Source of the DNA: an uncultured Planctomycetales bacterium
GTDB taxonomy: Bacteria; Omnitrophota; Gorgyraeia; Zapsychrales; Aceulaceae
Assembly: GCA_964648665.1 (NCBI GenBank)
Contig: CAZYOA010000002.1
Span: 3,056-67,055 of the forward strand
DNA: 64,000 nucleotides
Reading direction: 5' to 3'
In this document: positions 38,501 to 45,585 of the stretch, one piece after another
How positions within the stretch are numbered: position 1 is the first letter of the stretch
Layout of the letters: each line of letters starts with the position of its first letter
The notes under the pieces: model-generated
Databases searched by the model: none
Told to the model about the DNA's origin: nothing
The model's input: only the letters and a program-made list of their open reading frames with translations
Program-made: the position numbers and the translations under genes

Positions 38501-39009
38501 TTAGTAGTTCCATACTGCTCATAAGCTTTTTTATAGATCTTCTGCCAGAATTGTTTACCTAATTCATCTTCTGGGTAGATTAAAGAAGCTGTGATTTGTT
38601 TTAAGAGATAGTCTTGGGAGAGCATATCTGTACCCATATCTGTAACAGCTAGAGAATTAGGAATGATTCTGTCTTGTTCATGAGGAGATAGGTTAACCCA
38701 TAGGTTGTCTTCAGGAATAGTTAAAGCGGTTAGAAAGTACTTGATAAGACGTTCAGAAACATCTTTTAATTCAGATCCTTTAAGCCCGGTATCTCCAGAA
38801 TCGACGATAAAGTCGAATTTAAGAGCATTGTCAGGATAGACTCTTATTCCACGAAGAATGGCTGGGGTGAATTGCGGGCTGAGTCCTACCATGGATCCAG
38901 GAGCAGGTAAAGAAAAAGCACCTTGGGCCAGAGCTTGATTAGGTGTAACTATAGTTGCCAAAAAGCAAACTATAATTAAAATACATATTGTCTTTCTAAA
39001 TATTTTCAA
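32545..39009 (-). CDS. giant paralog C (2154 aa): signal peptide, family head, hydrophobic segment, HExxH zincin, JAB-like motifs, His/Cys motif pair, HAD-like domain, family tail
   Basis: TTG start preceded by GGAGGG, and signal peptide MKIFRKTICILIIVCFLATIVTPNQALA|Q. HEMTH lies at 37408..37422. The JAB-like set E...HFH...SGPD lies at 35782..35985. RVVLFRGHN (His 34621..34623) and FFNLSCDS (Cys 34303..34305) form the His/Cys pair. HAD motifs are MIISDLTGTLV, EIFTN, KKDPNVY and LLYIEDAKSLVEKARNSG (32860..33525). The tail is GGIDFNAENMNITTKGGQIDFDIP...GFTPVIINITP. Confidence 0.9.
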   Translation of the reverse strand: MKIFRKTICILIIVCFLATIVTPNQALAQGAFSLPAPGSMVGLSPQFTPAILRGIRVYPDNALKFDFIVDSGDTGLKGSELKDVSERLIKYFLTALTIPEDNLWVNLSPHEQDRIIPNSLAVTDMGTDMLSQDYLLKQITASLIYPEDELGKQFWQKIYKKAYEQYGTTNIPVDTFNKVWIMPDKAEVYVKDDRAFVVESKLKVMLEEDYVALNSSVIENSAKKADNKLASEIVREIVIPALEKEVNEGKNFAQLRQIYNSLVLAYWFKNNLKESIVNKVYSDQSKIKGVDTKDISKDIYNQYVKSFEKGVCDFVKVEYDQYTRKNIPRKYFSGGVVGSFASSNIIVTKADSRRGRRAGSNLRKFLTNATLVILVTVSLTVAALASPSFENSQESNNKSQVHKVDLGSFSRLEFQDNLFSLSQSPKEKDSLKSSRNKNPEIVDEQEFKILDQDIKVKFLDDGTVDAVGRSVDGNNIEIYLEAFYQDIERISGYVQSPYSFMGSILNQKIFLTKEGKLKFLKDWMHAVIVHEMTHKQREKNDFSDDQIANINKLLDKYYIPYGNISTYTTYEFESYLAMLASSRDPKTIMMDLLLLQDCPNTPIQHAFAAQMITGETLDTLGYKQFVINKEKEIYRKTLSLRLAVEYPGIVSQDGRKIFNREQEKRSAEEYIKQNKKDIEKKYNDGDYYFNYEMLSLFMQSIQGSALANSAHSLYVNTFNQKPLNIESYDFSKIEEYFLKRWAEGFYLFNNDTTDFEKLSKQYGLSKESLKAAEKLFNMNFDILGKNFYADQIPTWKIIALSKEPRIAKIIARDDFQKFYYRVNDTIFKDRRIRNIEDVFGACDLYNFISDNPEYRDLLYSDQFQETLDYVREKFPDKTFSVKEAVPFLILSRTFNKDKIDKIVRKLENEGEWLAISDLFLIDYIARDKHFYDLLSNRKLLEQEIKSKIYAKPLTSPKNKNSRLSIEDTDEYSTLFLLRSLAMYEALQNESFTDSIAQFYYQDVADKTAETGKVMFIDLQGSLMFENRPSYLFNDDVWAPRGPKGFSFASMHFHTGINKNKGDTERMQFYPQPSGPDYSVSRMLQQQGFVFAAVKKYEDSAVIDITAYTGHPRFSRLGILSLKVKKPRNFKQPAAEKHQEISKAARKEAKGIKEILEDFIREEIYKRENQEAKQGNQNLKPQKENDQAIKFQRTNKNKNKEISDPEELYYINLANNIKKNPDKYAKELIKNFLDIAPFFKDINDFREILKDAMNKHPDLAIKFWAYSYFESEKQPQILLGLIGKSPIFGLQNFNAKFRSKDLQEEFTSGLVEILENNPDVVFEYADNIVQRNSDFFFSKDLGFSRKLKKKTKNEKISLLISSLRILAGSKMPYDNEHINNAISLAIDFQKISGNEIYYDKNTTVINILNVEEKFLVEEAEELAELGGVLEDKIFSFKGGKDKKEDVIKALKASRGSRVVLFRGHNTPIFERDEVENYDIGWEALHKNLVDNNFAEEEHEQMKLIADLDEIKEYLKTAYDQDAFNKISHFLDITANRLAFDYGEYLNYEEIASALSESGDFSQTRFFNLSCDSYNHNWSFTHFLNQKFSQNPQVTVSEADRGEPGSGKEADYLRSIIKTVRKERGSDEEKKPIFGRHFLAAKTDAVRKKQHPIVFFFPGKEIIKDLFVQHFNEKGEDYYNALFDENDNVDNLPEGGVETGWILNAKKANQNPLLAFQVSLSPNNSVNENNILFGKLNTDILDQGEILGVSQGDTFLPSEFYDMTAMMFTSILQNKDLEVFTENEGRQLLVEKSTGLKKASSSQIASSEIKTVGEPGSRRTGDDATTAKEVKMIISDLTGTLVTDGIAEGIEYIGEYFGISDINKLVDVFKTGEEAAKYRTKPEYEKAYWEYALRSMEELFAAHTPDSVQHRRRNIYLAQKEKQRPLLQDFLVRFYKPIKGRKELLEKLEAKGLRVEIFTNMHSITYNILMAMHELKFLAKYKRISPIILGVSKKDPNVYQRLFEFLKAQDSLLDQSNRIGIVSLKQLLYIEDAKSLVEKARNSGLETVRVISEELLENNPMIKSILSRDAPNADTKSSKNISSTGGIDFNAENMNITTKGGQIDFDIPLDMQNVDLTNIDGFTPVIINITPITSFTGLLGLDDQENKDQKLALQST

Positions 39010-39066
39010 TGTTTCCCTCCGTGACTAAGAAAACACTATTTTCAGTTTAATTTCCTGACTATTAAA

Positions 39067-39088
39067 GTATATAATATATATATATATA
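39067..39088. repeat. TA dinucleotide tract in the divergent intergenic region upstream of giant paralog C
   Basis: GTATATA followed by an uninterrupted ATATATATATATATA (39074..39088). Shorter, interrupted TA tracts sit at the equivalent place upstream of paralogs A (18081..18101) and B (32455..32482). Confidence 0.8.
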
Positions 39089-39115
39089 AAAAATAAGCCC
39101 ATAATGGGCATTTTG

Positions 39116-39131
39116 AGAAAGCGTTTTCTTT
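39116..39131 (-). promoter_or_regulatory. conserved palindromic box upstream of giant paralog C
   Basis: Plus-strand text is AGAAAGCGTTTTCTTT, 107 nt upstream of the TTG start at 39007..39009, and identical to the copy at 32503..32518. Confidence 0.5.
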
Positions 39132-39177
39132 TTTATGAGCTTGCGATGGGTTTTTAGTGTGTTATAATATCATTTAT

Positions 39178-39984
39178 ATGAAGCCAATTAGCGATTATCA
39201 TAACCATACCATCCTTTGCGGACACGCAATCGGTGAACCTTTTGAGTATGTTGACCATGCTTTAAAGATCGGCTTAAAGGAAATAGGATTTTCGGATCAT
39301 GCGCCTTTGGTTTGCCATGACGATCCAACCGTTACAATGAGTTTTGAGCAACTTCCTCGTTATCATCAAATGATTGAAGAAGTGCAAGAGAAATATAGAG
39401 ATCAGGATATCAATATTCGCCTTGGAATTGAAGCTGATTTTGTTGTTGGTTTTGAAGAGAAGACAAAGTTGATTTTAGATAGTCATGCGTATGATTATGT
39501 TATAGGATCTGTGCATTTTATTGGTGATTTTGCGTTTGATGATCCAAATCAGAAAGATCGGCTAAAGACAAATGATATTGATAAGGTTTATTTGGATTAT
39601 CATAAACTTTTGCGTCAAAGTGCTGAATCAAGGCTTTTTGATATTATGGCACATGTTGACTTGGTTAAAAAATTTGGTGATCGACCGAATAGCGATTTGA
39701 GCGATGACATTCAAAAAACAGCAAAAGTTTTTAAAGATGCTGGTGTTGTTATTGAAATTAATTCATCAGGTTTGCGTAAGCCAGTAAAAGAAATCTATCC
39801 TTCTTTGTCGACTTTAAAGATCTATTGTGATGCTGGTGTTCCTATTACATTTGGATCTGATGCTCATGCACCTAATGAGGTTGGGTTAGGATTTAAAGAG
39901 GCAGTTGATCTTGCTCTTGAGGCTGGATATCAAGAATATGTATTATTTGAAAAGCGTCAGATATCAAAAAAAGTTTCCCTTTAG
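39178..39984 (+). CDS. PHP-family histidinol-phosphatase-like hydrolase
   Basis: PHP metal-binding motifs DYHNHT, GFSDHAP, GSVHF and GSDAHAP. I prefer the ATG at 39178 (MKPISDYHNHT) to the track's GTG at 39157. Confidence 0.75.
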   Translation: MKPISDYHNHTILCGHAIGEPFEYVDHALKIGLKEIGFSDHAPLVCHDDPTVTMSFEQLPRYHQMIEEVQEKYRDQDINIRLGIEADFVVGFEEKTKLILDSHAYDYVIGSVHFIGDFAFDDPNQKDRLKTNDIDKVYLDYHKLLRQSAESRLFDIMAHVDLVKKFGDRPNSDLSDDIQKTAKVFKDAGVVIEINSSGLRKPVKEIYPSLSTLKIYCDAGVPITFGSDAHAPNEVGLGFKEAVDLALEAGYQEYVLFEKRQISKKVSL

Positions 39985-40901
39985 CTCCTTTCTTTTATTA
40001 TTTCTAAACACTTTCTTAAGCCTTCTGTTGAAATAAAACGATGACTCTTTCTGATTTCAGCTTTCCATTTATTTTTGTCTTTTAAAACAATAATATCAAA
40101 TAATTGTGTTAAATGCGGTTCGCAAATAACAACTTTTTGTATCGCTTCGTTTTTCTTTTTATCAAAACTAAACTTTTTAAAAATAATATTCATATTGGGT
40201 TCTTTTTTATTTTTATATTTAATTTTATCTGGATCAAAGTTCAAAAGTACAACAGTGCCGATTTTAGCTTGTTTACTAATTGAAATATTGCTATGTTCTT
40301 TTTTCGTTAAAGTTAAAGAGAAAAAAAGATTTTGCCCTTCCTTAGACCACATGCGTTCGAATCGAGTATCAAATTGAGTTTCAATACGTTTTCTCTTGAT
40401 CGTAAAGCCTGTATTTGAAGCTTGTCGTATCGTCCATTCAAAATAAGGCTTAAAATCTGTAACAATTTGAAATTGCCCCTTAGATTTAAGTCGACTATTA
40501 ACGATCCTTAAAAAATCTTTATGAAATAAGCGTTTTTTGTGATGGCGTTTTTTTGGCCAAGGAAAAGGAAATAAAGAATAGCAGAATTGGATTGAGCGAT
40601 TCTTAAAAAGTCGATCAAAGGCTACGTAGGCATCGAGACATAAAAGTCTAATGTTTTTAACTTTTGATTTCTGAATTCTCTTGGTAATCTTTTTGATTAA
40701 ATGAAATTCAATTTCGATGCCAATAAAATTCTTATGAGGATATTTCTTAGCTTGAGAAACTAAGTAATCTCCATTTCCAAAACCGATTTCGACAATAAGT
40801 GGCGCCTTTCTTTTGAACGCTTTGTCCCAATCAATCGGATGCGTATCGCAAAAATGGTTGAGGAGAAATTTATTGGTATTTTTTTTGGATATATTGTTCA
40901 A
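39981..40901 (-). CDS. trmB: tRNA (guanine-N7)-methyltransferase with ~90-aa C-terminal extension
   Basis: 306 aa with SAM motif VEIGFGNGDYL and FPFPWPKKRHHKKRLF (the TrmB DPWxKxRHxKRR-type motif). The start overlaps the ispG 3' end by 32 nt, and the stop overlaps the convergent hydrolase gene by 4 nt. Confidence 0.8.
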   Translation of the reverse strand: MNNISKKNTNKFLLNHFCDTHPIDWDKAFKRKAPLIVEIGFGNGDYLVSQAKKYPHKNFIGIEIEFHLIKKITKRIQKSKVKNIRLLCLDAYVAFDRLFKNRSIQFCYSLFPFPWPKKRHHKKRLFHKDFLRIVNSRLKSKGQFQIVTDFKPYFEWTIRQASNTGFTIKRKRIETQFDTRFERMWSKEGQNLFFSLTLTKKEHSNISISKQAKIGTVVLLNFDPDKIKYKNKKEPNMNIIFKKFSFDKKKNEAIQKVVICEPHLTQLFDIIVLKDKNKWKAEIRKSHRFISTEGLRKCLEIIKERS

Positions 40902-42078
40902 GGATTTTTATAAAATCTGACGTGATAGATTTACTATTTAATTTTTTATATAATTTTCCATCAGCATAAACAACCGCAGTTTTTAATTCTCCTCGACCTG
41001 GTAAGCTTATGCCGATATTTGCATGCTGACTTTCTCCGGGACCGTTAACGATGCATCCCATAATGGCAATTTTTAATTGTACAACTTTAGGATATTTTTT
41101 AATCCATGAAGATAGCTTCTTTTGGATATGAGATTCAATTGAATTTGCTAAGAATTCAAATTTTTGGTTTTCTGTTCGTCCACATCCAGGGCAGCTGATG
41201 ACAGTAGGTTTAAATGAGCGAAATCCCATTGATTGCAAGAGCATTTGGCAGCATCGAACTTCTTCAGTTCTTGGCATATCCTTTTTTGGTGTTAATGATA
41301 TTCGAATCGTGTCACCAATACCTCTTTGCAGAAGAACTGATAATGCCGATGCGCTTTTAATGATTCCGGATAAGCCAGAGCCTGCTTCTGTTACGCCAAG
41401 ATGAAGCGCGTAAGAACATTCTTTTGAAAGCATTTCATAGGCTAAGATTGTATTTTGAGCATCTGACATTTTTACACTTAAGATAATTTTATTTTTAGTA
41501 AGCCCAAGTTTTTCAGCTTTTTTTGCACTTTGAATAGCACTTTGTACCATCGCCTCACGTAAGACTTGATGTGCTGTTTTTTTAATTTTTTTATTTTTAT
41601 TTCTTAAGCGAACTTGTTCGAGAATATTTTTATCAAGAGATCCGCTGTTAACGCCAATACGAATAGGCTTTTTATTTTTAATAGCAATTTTTATAATTTC
41701 AGAAAAAGGATCAGTGTCGCTGGATGCACAATTAACATTTCCAGGATTAATGCGATATTTGTCTAGGGCTTTAGCGCTTTCTGGAAAATCTTTGAGTAGC
41801 GTATGGCCGTTATAATGAAAATCGCCAATAATGGGCACATTGCATTTATTTTTTCGTAATCTTGATATGATCTTGGGAATGCATGCCATTGCTTCCCTAT
41901 TGTTAATTGTAAGACGAACCATTTCGCTTCCAGCGCATGCAAGTTCTTTGATTTGCTTGATAGTCTTTTGAGCGTTAGAAGTTTGAGTATTAGTCATAGA
42001 CTGGATACAAATTGGATGAGCGCTTCCAATTTTCATATTTCCAATCTGAATTGAGGGTGTTTTTTTGCGAGTAATCAT
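40870..42078 (-). CDS. ispG: 4-hydroxy-3-methylbut-2-en-1-yl diphosphate synthase
   Basis: 402 aa with the RINPGN motif and Fe-S ligand contexts SCPGCGRT and GCIVNGPGE. Confidence 0.92.
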   Translation of the reverse strand: MITRKKTPSIQIGNMKIGSAHPICIQSMTNTQTSNAQKTIKQIKELACAGSEMVRLTINNREAMACIPKIISRLRKNKCNVPIIGDFHYNGHTLLKDFPESAKALDKYRINPGNVNCASSDTDPFSEIIKIAIKNKKPIRIGVNSGSLDKNILEQVRLRNKNKKIKKTAHQVLREAMVQSAIQSAKKAEKLGLTKNKIILSVKMSDAQNTILAYEMLSKECSYALHLGVTEAGSGLSGIIKSASALSVLLQRGIGDTIRISLTPKKDMPRTEEVRCCQMLLQSMGFRSFKPTVISCPGCGRTENQKFEFLANSIESHIQKKLSSWIKKYPKVVQLKIAIMGCIVNGPGESQHANIGISLPGRGELKTAVVYADGKLYKKLNSKSITSDFIKILEQYIQKKYQ

Positions 42079-42096
42079 TTATGGACGAAAAAGTCA

Positions 42097-42125
42097 TTTT
42101 AAAAAAAGTTTAAAAGTGCTATAAT
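42097..42125 (+). promoter_or_regulatory. candidate extended -10 promoter of ispH
   Basis: TGCTATAAT (TATAAT at 42120..42125 preceded by TGC) with a weak -35 TTTTAA at 42097..42102. On the opposite strand, TTGCAT (42155..42160) and TATAAT (42132..42137) with a 17-nt spacer could serve ispG. Confidence 0.4.
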
Positions 42126-42159
42126 CTCAAAATTATACTTAAACTTATTGGATAATGCA

Positions 42160-43080
42160 ATGGAAATATATTTAGCTCATACACAAGGATTTTGTGCTGG
42201 TGTTTCGCGTGCAATTGATATTGTCGATCGTGTGTATCAAAAGTATGGCACCCCTCTGTTTGTTTTTCATGAAATTGTACATAATACTAAGGTTGTAAAT
42301 GATTTTAAGGAAAAAGGTGTTCAATTTGTTGATGATTTAGATGAAGCTCCAGATAACGCACGTATTATTTTTAGTGCGCATGGGGTTTCGCCTAAAATTA
42401 TTGAGAAAGCAAAAAATAAGAAATTAATTTTTTTCGATGCGACTTGTCCCCTTGTTAGTCACGTTCATAAGCGTGCTAAGAAATTTTCTGATAATGGAAT
42501 TGATGTTATTTTAATTGGCCATAAGAATCATCAAGAGGTTATTGGGACTAAGGGCTATGTGAATAAAGACCGTCTTCATATTATTGATAGTGAAAACCAA
42601 ATTGATAATCTTAAAATTGATTCATTGAAAGAAGTTGGATACGTAGTTCAGACGACGCTTTCGTCAGATGATACAAAAGAATTAGTTGCAAAATTAAGGT
42701 TACGATTCCCTTGTCTTGTAGAAACAAGTGCGGATGATGTTTGTTATGCAACTCAAAATCGACAAAATGCAATTAAAGATCTTTGTAGTATTTGTGACGT
42801 GGTTATTATTTGTGGATCGAAAGAAAGCTCGAATAGTAATCGATTGTGTGAATTAGCTAAGAAGCTTGGTGTTGAAAGTTATCTTGTTGATTCTTCAGAT
42901 GAGATTGATATAAAGACTTTAGAGGGAAAGCAAAGGCTTGGTATAAGTTCTGGGGCATCTGTTCCAGAGAGCATTGTTTTAGATATAGTTGAAAAAATAA
43001 AGAGTAATTTTTTGGTTTCAAAAATACATATTTCAGAAAGCCCTGAGAAGGAAATTTTATTCTCAGCTCTGGATATTTAA
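42160..43080 (+). CDS. ispH: 4-hydroxy-3-methylbut-2-enyl diphosphate reductase
   Basis: GFCAGVSRAI, HEIVHN, ATCPLVSHVH and SSGASVPE motifs. ATG at 42160 (MEIYLAHTQGFCAG) is preferred over the upstream TTG at 42148. Confidence 0.92.
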   Translation: MEIYLAHTQGFCAGVSRAIDIVDRVYQKYGTPLFVFHEIVHNTKVVNDFKEKGVQFVDDLDEAPDNARIIFSAHGVSPKIIEKAKNKKLIFFDATCPLVSHVHKRAKKFSDNGIDVILIGHKNHQEVIGTKGYVNKDRLHIIDSENQIDNLKIDSLKEVGYVVQTTLSSDDTKELVAKLRLRFPCLVETSADDVCYATQNRQNAIKDLCSICDVVIICGSKESSNSNRLCELAKKLGVESYLVDSSDEIDIKTLEGKQRLGISSGASVPESIVLDIVEKIKSNFLVSKIHISESPEKEILFSALDI

Positions 43081-43092
43081 AAGGAGATTATT

Positions 43093-43347
43093 TTGTTTAA
43101 ATTAATTATTGATCAGGCAGAATACGATATTTTAGACGATGGGTTGATTGTTTCAGCTTGTAAGGATGCCGGCATTCGCTTTGATTGTAATAGCGGTGTT
43201 TGTGGGTCATGTCACATTAAAATATTAGAAGGTGCTGATAATTTAACAGAATTAACACAAGAAGAAAATGATCTCGGCATGGATAAAGATAATCGATTGG
43301 CGTGTCAGTGTGTTATTAAAACCGGAACTGTAAAGATTACCTTTTAA
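43093..43347 (+). CDS. 2Fe-2S ferredoxin
   Basis: 84 aa with the Cys pattern CNSGVCGSCHIKILEG...RLACQC. TTG start 6 nt after a strong AAGGAG RBS (43081..43086). Confidence 0.8.
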   Translation: MFKLIIDQAEYDILDDGLIVSACKDAGIRFDCNSGVCGSCHIKILEGADNLTELTQEENDLGMDKDNRLACQCVIKTGTVKITF

Positions 43348-43348
43348 A

Positions 43349-44272
43349 ATGAATCTATCTTTTCTTAAATCAATTGATGGAATTATATTAAAAGAAGACG
43401 TTAATCTGTCTGACTATACAACTTTTAATATTGGGGGAAATTGTCCTTGTGTTATTACTTGCTCGAGCATTAAAGGGCTTGAGCCATGTATTCATTTTTT
43501 AAGACAATCTGAAATTCCTTTTCTTTTAATTGGTGAAGGCTCTAATCTGCTCATTTCAGATCAAGGGTTTAAAAGTGTTGTTGTGCGGTTTATTTCAAAA
43601 GAACCAGACATTAAGATGGATCGGTTTAAGATTACAGCATCAGCGTGCACAAACCTTGATGATGTTGCTTTGTGTGCGGCGCGAAACGGACTCAAAGGTT
43701 TAAACTTTGTAAGCGGAATTCCTGGTACTGTTGGAGGCGCAATTTGTGGTAATGCTGGTGCATTTGGTCAGCAGATAAGCGATAAATTGTTTTATATTAA
43801 ACTTTTGGGTTTAAATGGTAAGAAGCGTATTGTTGAAAAGGATACTCTTGAATTTGAATATAGAAATTCAAATATTCTGAAAAATAACGATATTATTCTT
43901 TCAGCAACTTTTAATCTTAGTTTTGAAGATCCTAGCCTTCTTCTGGCTGAACGTACAAAGATTTTAAAAGAAAGAAAAGAAAAACATCCAGATTATAAAA
44001 AGACACCTTGTGCTGGAAGTTTTTTTAAGAATATTGAATTAGACGGTATGCGTAAAGCTTCAGGAGCACTTTTAGATCAGGCTGGAGCAAGAAAAATGTC
44101 TGTTGGAGGTGCGTCTGTTTTTGAAAAACATGCTAATATTATTATTAAGAAGACAGATCAGTGCACAGCTAAAGATGTTTTTGATTTATCTTTGGAGATG
44201 GCTCGGGCTGTTAAAAAGAATTTTAATATTGAATTAAAACGTGAAGTTCGTTTTGTTGGAAAGTTTGATTAA
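43349..44272 (+). CDS. murB: UDP-N-acetylenolpyruvoylglucosamine reductase
   Basis: 307 aa with GEGSNLLISD, GIPGTVGGAI and CAGSFFKN motifs. Confidence 0.9.
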   Translation: MNLSFLKSIDGIILKEDVNLSDYTTFNIGGNCPCVITCSSIKGLEPCIHFLRQSEIPFLLIGEGSNLLISDQGFKSVVVRFISKEPDIKMDRFKITASACTNLDDVALCAARNGLKGLNFVSGIPGTVGGAICGNAGAFGQQISDKLFYIKLLGLNGKKRIVEKDTLEFEYRNSNILKNNDIILSATFNLSFEDPSLLLAERTKILKERKEKHPDYKKTPCAGSFFKNIELDGMRKASGALLDQAGARKMSVGGASVFEKHANIIIKKTDQCTAKDVFDLSLEMARAVKKNFNIELKREVRFVGKFD

Positions 44273-44302
44273 TAGCATATCGATGATTCCTTGATCTTGT
44301 AA

Positions 44303-45343
44303 TTACCCGCCAATTTTATACATTTCAATTTTATTTCGTTTTTTATTGTCAGAAGAAAATCTTATTTCAGAATATTTATCTTCTCTTTGTTTCCACATTT
44401 CTTGAATTAATTGTGAAAGTGCTAAATCGTCACAATGTAAATGCTTTCTAATGTCAAATGAATTCTCAGAAAAAAGGCAATTGTAAAGTTTTCCATCAGA
44501 TGAAAGACGTAGACGATGACAGTCTTGGCAAAAAGGTTGACTGACTGATGAAATAAATCCAATTTCTCCTTTTCCGTCTTCGTAGGCATAGCGATTAGCA
44601 ACCTCACCCTGATAATTCTTATTTAAAGCTGAAACAGGAAAAAAGTGGTTTATGCTCTTTAAGATTTTGCTTGACGAGACGACATCTTTCTCGTCCCAAT
44701 GATTTTCTGTTCCAACGTCCATATATTCGATAAAGCGAAGAATGTGTCCGGTTCCTCTGAAATATTTTACTAGTGGAATAATTTCATCTTCATTAATTGT
44801 TTTTTTAACTAATACATTAATTTTAATTTGTTTAAATCCATTTTGCTCACAAGTTTTGATTGCATTTAAAATAGCTTGAGGAGATTGACGAGTTCCGGTC
44901 ATTTTTTGAAAGATGTTTTGATTTAAAGCATTTAAACTAACTGTGATGCGATCTAATCCATTTTTTTTAAGTAATCGTGCAAAATTTTCAAGAAGAAATC
45001 CGTTTGTTGTTAATGCAAGATCTTCGATGCCTAAATTCTTAAGGCCCAAAATAAGCTTAGGCAGTCCAACTCGCAAAAGTGGCTCTCCTCCGGTTAAACG
45101 AACCTTCTTAATGCCTATAGTGACAAGAATTTTAGAAATTCTTAAGATCTCATTAAATGTAAGTTGATTTTTACTTGCGCAAGAATATTTTTGTTTGCGG
45201 TTTGGCTTACAATGAGGACAATAAAAATTACATTGCTCTGTGACTGAGATACGAACATCTCGCAATGGGCGGTGAAGCTTGTCGCGAAAATCATTCTTTT
45301 CTGATTTTATGCAATCAGGATAAGCTTGAAGGGTTGAAGACAT
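44303..45343 (-). CDS. moaA: GTP 3',8-cyclase (radical SAM, molybdenum cofactor biosynthesis)
   Basis: 346 aa with CNFYCPHC radical-SAM cluster, LTGGEPLL, and the C-terminal second cluster context CQDCHRLRLSSDGKLYNCLF. Confidence 0.88.
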   Translation of the reverse strand: MSSTLQAYPDCIKSEKNDFRDKLHRPLRDVRISVTEQCNFYCPHCKPNRKQKYSCASKNQLTFNEILRISKILVTIGIKKVRLTGGEPLLRVGLPKLILGLKNLGIEDLALTTNGFLLENFARLLKKNGLDRITVSLNALNQNIFQKMTGTRQSPQAILNAIKTCEQNGFKQIKINVLVKKTINEDEIIPLVKYFRGTGHILRFIEYMDVGTENHWDEKDVVSSSKILKSINHFFPVSALNKNYQGEVANRYAYEDGKGEIGFISSVSQPFCQDCHRLRLSSDGKLYNCLFSENSFDIRKHLHCDDLALSQLIQEMWKQREDKYSEIRFSSDNKKRNKIEMYKIGG

Positions 45344-45585
45344 TACTCAGCTATTTGAACTTTAATGTTTGGATTATAATGTTCTTGAAGCGCTGCTTCA
45401 ATAGTCATAAGAGTTCCCGTTTTAGCATGAGGACATCCGCCACAAGCTCCCTGATACGAAATTGTTAAGACGTTATCTTTAAGGCTAATAAGTTGTAAGT
45501 CTCCTCCATCTTGCTTCATAAAGGGGCGAACAGTATGATTTAAAACATCGTTAATTTTTTCAAATTCTGGATTTTCTGTTGTCAT
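45343..45585 (-). CDS. NifU-like (Nfu-type) Fe-S cluster domain protein
   Basis: 80 aa with VRPFMKQDGGDLQLISL...GACGGCPHA, the NifU C-terminal domain pattern. Confidence 0.85.
   Translation of the reverse strand: MTTENPEFEKINDVLNHTVRPFMKQDGGDLQLISLKDNVLTISYQGACGGCPHAKTGTLMTIEAALQEHYNPNIKVQIAE

Noticed and set aside
12792-39009. The giant-gene loci as a horizontally acquired or mobile island.
   Set aside because: No integrase, transposase, tRNA target, flanking direct repeats or visible compositional shift was seen. The three loci are separated by core genes (truA to folE) and share the orientation and promoter style of neighbouring housekeeping genes.
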